From an uncultured Acidobacteriota bacterium (GTDB lineage: Bacteria > Acidobacteriota > Vicinamibacteria > Fen-336): DNA of 64,000 bases. The notes beneath the pieces were generated by a model. That model saw only the letters and a list, made by a program, of their open reading frames with translations, was not told the DNA's origin and did not search any database. Position 1 is the first letter of the stretch. Each line of letters opens with the position of its first letter. Location of the stretch: the NCBI GenBank assembly GCA_963720545.1, contig OY970399.1, forward strand, positions 1,312,001-1,376,000, read 5' to 3'. The translations under genes were made by a program, and so were the position numbers. This document shows, piece by piece, positions 61,292 through 64,000 of the stretch.

Positions 61292-62328
61292 CGACGAGTG
61301 GCGCCCTGCGCGTGATCCACGTCGGCCTCGGCCCCATCGGGCTCGGCATCGCCCGCTTCGTGGCCGCGACCGACGGGCTCAGGATCGTCGGCGCCGTGGA
61401 CTCAGCGCCGGACAAGGCCGGCAAGGACCTGGGCACGCTGCTCGGCGACGCGAAGAAGATGCGCGTCAGGGTCGAGCCCGACCTCGCGAAGCTGCTGCGC
61501 AAGACCAGGGCCGACGTCGCCGTGCTCTGCACGACTTCTTCGGCGAAGCTCATCAAGGCGCAGGTCGCGGCCATCGTCGCGAAGAAGATCAACATCGTCA
61601 GCACCTGCGAGGAGCTGTCGTTCCCGGTGCCGGCGGCGCGCGGGCTGTTCAAGGAAATCGACAAGCTGGCGCGGGCGAAGAAGGTGTCGGTGCTCGGCAC
61701 CGGCGTCAATCCCGGCTATGCGATGGACGCGCTGCCGCTGATGCTGACGGCGCCGTGCGCACGCGTGGTGCGCGTCGCGGTGACGCGCGTGGTGGACGCC
61801 GGCAAGCGCCGGCTGCCGCTGCAGCGCAAGGTCGGCGCCGGCCTCAACCTCAACCAGTTCCGCCGCGCCATGGGCGAGAACACCGTGCGCCACGTCGGCC
61901 TGGTGGAGTCGGCGTACATGATCGCGCACGGCCTCGGCTGGAGCCTCGACCGCGTCGAGGAGACGCTCGAGCCGGTAATCGCGCCGCGCGACCTCGACAC
62001 CGAATTCCTGCGCATTCCGGCGGGCGCCGCCGCGGGCATCAAGCAGTTCGTGCGCGCCTACCGCGGCGCCGAGCTCGCCATCAGCCTCGACCTGCAGATG
62101 TACGTCGGCGCCGACAACCCGCGCGACCACATCCTCATCGACGGCGACCCGCGCGTCGACATGACCGTGGCCGGCGGCTTCCAGGGCGACATCGCCACCG
62201 CCGCGATCACCGTGAACGCCATCCCCAAGCTGATGGCCGCGCGGCCGGGCCTCGTCACCATGGCCGAGATCCCGCTGGTGCACCGGTTCAACCCGCTCGA
62301 GATCCGTACGCTCCCGAAGAAGCGCTAG
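61288..62328 (+). CDS. NAD(P)H oxidoreductase, DapB-like / 2,4-diaminopentanoate dehydrogenase (native amine dehydrogenase) family
   Basis: GLGPIG Rossmann, K.GKDLG, NIVSTCEEL, LGTGVNPG, GDIATAA..VNAIP. Confidence 0.82.
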   Translation: MTTSGALRVIHVGLGPIGLGIARFVAATDGLRIVGAVDSAPDKAGKDLGTLLGDAKKMRVRVEPDLAKLLRKTRADVAVLCTTSSAKLIKAQVAAIVAKKINIVSTCEELSFPVPAARGLFKEIDKLARAKKVSVLGTGVNPGYAMDALPLMLTAPCARVVRVAVTRVVDAGKRRLPLQRKVGAGLNLNQFRRAMGENTVRHVGLVESAYMIAHGLGWSLDRVEETLEPVIAPRDLDTEFLRIPAGAAAGIKQFVRAYRGAELAISLDLQMYVGADNPRDHILIDGDPRVDMTVAGGFQGDIATAAITVNAIPKLMAARPGLVTMAEIPLVHRFNPLEIRTLPKKR

Positions 62329-62377
62329 CCGGCGCTAATTCCCAAAAACGGTTTTGGGGCGCATCTATACTGTGGAC

Positions 62378-63187
62378 ATGAGCCGTCACGCCGGATTGTC
62401 CGCCTTGCTTGCTGCCGCCGCGCTGGCGCTGGCGTTGCCCGCCGCGTTGCGCGCCGAGGTCTTCCTGCTGAAGGACGGCGACCGCATCACCGGCACGATC
62501 GTCAGCGAGACCAAGAATTCGCTGGTCGTGAAGTCGGCGTACGGCAACGTCACGCTGCCGCGCACCCGCATCCTGCGGATCATCAAGGACGACGGCACCG
62601 ACCGCACGTTCACGGTGCCGACGACCGACCTGGGAGCGAAGCCGACACCGACACCGGCGGCAGCGGCGAAAACCATCCTGGTGCTGACCGTCAGCGGCGT
62701 CACGTTCTGGCATGCCTGGGAAGACAAGGACGCGCCGGCCGATCCGAGCCTGCGCCTGGCGGTGAGCGTCGACGAGAAGCCGGTGGCCGCCTATCTCGAC
62801 CCGGTGGTCGAGTCGGGCGAGATCAAGAACGCCGTCCTCAATTCGTTCGGCTTCGCGAAGACCATGAGCGTCGGCGCCGACACCGGCGCGGTGGTGGCGC
62901 CTCCGGACGTGCAGCCGGGCAGGATCACGCTGCGCATCGAGCTGCCGCCGGCCGTCGCCCCCGGCACACATGCGGTGCGGCTCAGCTACCAGGTGAATAC
63001 CGGTGCCAAGGGCGCCGCGCAGTGGCAGGACGTGCTGACTGCCAGCACCCAGGCGGCCTTGCGCGGCGACGCCCCGACCATCGTGCGCGCGCAGCAGGAA
63101 GCGGGTGAAATGACCTTCGACGGCCGCGGCAAGCGCACCATGAAGAAGGTCGAGACCTTCCGCATCGGCCTCGCGCCCGGCGAGTAG
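62378..63187 (+). CDS. Secreted hypothetical protein
   Basis: Signal peptide; LKDGDRITG.I N-terminal Sm/SH3-like motif; Pro/Thr linker. Confidence 0.75.
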   Translation: MSRHAGLSALLAAAALALALPAALRAEVFLLKDGDRITGTIVSETKNSLVVKSAYGNVTLPRTRILRIIKDDGTDRTFTVPTTDLGAKPTPTPAAAAKTILVLTVSGVTFWHAWEDKDAPADPSLRLAVSVDEKPVAAYLDPVVESGEIKNAVLNSFGFAKTMSVGADTGAVVAPPDVQPGRITLRIELPPAVAPGTHAVRLSYQVNTGAKGAAQWQDVLTASTQAALRGDAPTIVRAQQEAGEMTFDGRGKRTMKKVETFRIGLAPGE

Positions 63188-63244
63188 CGCGCCAGACCGC
63201 CGCAGCCCTTGACGGGGCGGCACATCGGCCCTACGCTCGAATTC

Positions 63245-63865
63245 GTGAACGACTTGTGGTCGTCGCTGCCCGGGTATGCGTTCGACTTCCTGCCGAGCGT
63301 CGCGCTCGGCATCGCGCTGGCCGCGTGCGCCGGTATTCGCGCCTGGCTGCCGCTGCTGCTCGCCGGCGGCGCCGCGCGCCTCGGCATCCTGCAGCTCGGC
63401 GGAGCGTTCGAGTTCATCGCCAGCGACCGCGCGCTCGCCCTGTTCACGGTGGCGACGCTGGTCGAGATCGCCGCCGACAAGGTGCCGGCGCTCGACCACG
63501 CGCTCGACAGCATCTCCACCATCATCCGCCCAGCGGCTGGCGCGCTGCTCGCGGCGTCGGTGATGTGGAAGATCTCCGACCCGCTGACGGCACTGGCGCT
63601 CGGCGTCGCCGTGGGCGCACCGTCGGCCCTCGTGCCGCACGCCGCCAAGTCGGTCCTGCGGGCCGGCTCCACCGCCTTCACCGGCGGCCTTGCCAACCCG
63701 TTCCTGAGCCTGATCGAGGACCTGCTGGTCTTTGGCCTGTTCCTGGTCGCGGTGGTGGTGCCGGTCGCCGTCGCGCTGATGGTCATCGCCTTCGGCGTGC
63801 TCGTGGTGCGCAGGCTGCGCGCCCGCGCCCGTGCCCGCTCCGCAGCGAACGTCGTCGCGGTCTAG
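63245..63865 (+). CDS. DUF4126 family membrane protein
   Basis: GIALAACAGIRAWLPLL, EIAADKVPALDH.LD, NPFLSLIED. Confidence 0.88.
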   Translation: MNDLWSSLPGYAFDFLPSVALGIALAACAGIRAWLPLLLAGGAARLGILQLGGAFEFIASDRALALFTVATLVEIAADKVPALDHALDSISTIIRPAAGALLAASVMWKISDPLTALALGVAVGAPSALVPHAAKSVLRAGSTAFTGGLANPFLSLIEDLLVFGLFLVAVVVPVAVALMVIAFGVLVVRRLRARARARSAANVVAV

Positions 63866-63878
63866 GGAAACGAACAGC

Positions 63879-64000
63879 ATGAACCGTCGGCGGGCCGCGG
63901 TGCTGGGAGCGGCTGTCCTCATCGCGTGCGCCTTGCTGCGACTTCCCTTCGCCGCGGCCCAGGCGCCGCCACCGGCGCAGGTCCCCACCATCGACGTCAC
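63879..64000 (+). CDS. 5' end of a secreted protein (partial)
   Basis: MNRRRAAVLGAAVLIACALL...AAAQ signal peptide running off the window. Confidence 0.6.
   Translation, partial: MNRRRAAVLGAAVLIACALLRLPFAAAQAPPPAQVPTIDV

Noticed and set aside
61288..62328. Assignment as dapB
   Set aside because: Too long, and it lacks the DapB E.HH..K.DAPSGTA substrate motif.
62341..62358. CCCAAAA-ACGG-TTTTGGG inverted repeat as a terminator
   Set aside because: Weak A/T-rich stem without a following U tract; could be an operator but is unsupported.

Overview
High-GC bacterial chromosomal segment, most likely Acidobacteriota (Vicinamibacteria-like); this is inferred from the acidobacterial-type VWA protein, tandem ADOP permeases and carboxypeptidase-regulatory-type TonB receptor. 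It holds about 50 CDSs. These include the gap-pgk-tpiA-secG operon, a TPP-riboswitch-controlled TonB receptor, and a ~19 kb export locus (MFP, 2 ABC ATPases, 5 tandem ADOP permeases, a membrane protein, a sigma54 response regulator and a kinase) with a visible sigma54 promoter/UAS architecture. Also present are a protease-rich block (matrixin-like metzincin plus partner, S8-CBM48 fusion, ACE-like M2), a sigma54-type TonB receptor next to an NCS1 permease, queG, an actinobacterial Sdh1-type operon, mqnD and a lat operon. The least explained stretch is 40.55-41.18 kb: a lipoprotein ORF that stops just after its signal peptide, two 27-bp direct repeats that are each a 9-8-9 palindrome, and a frameshifted DUF6788-like Cys/His protein. 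No rRNA, tRNA, cas gene, integrase or intact transposase was recognised. All family calls come from motif recognition by eye, not database searches; several starts were moved from the ORF track to better-supported codons.
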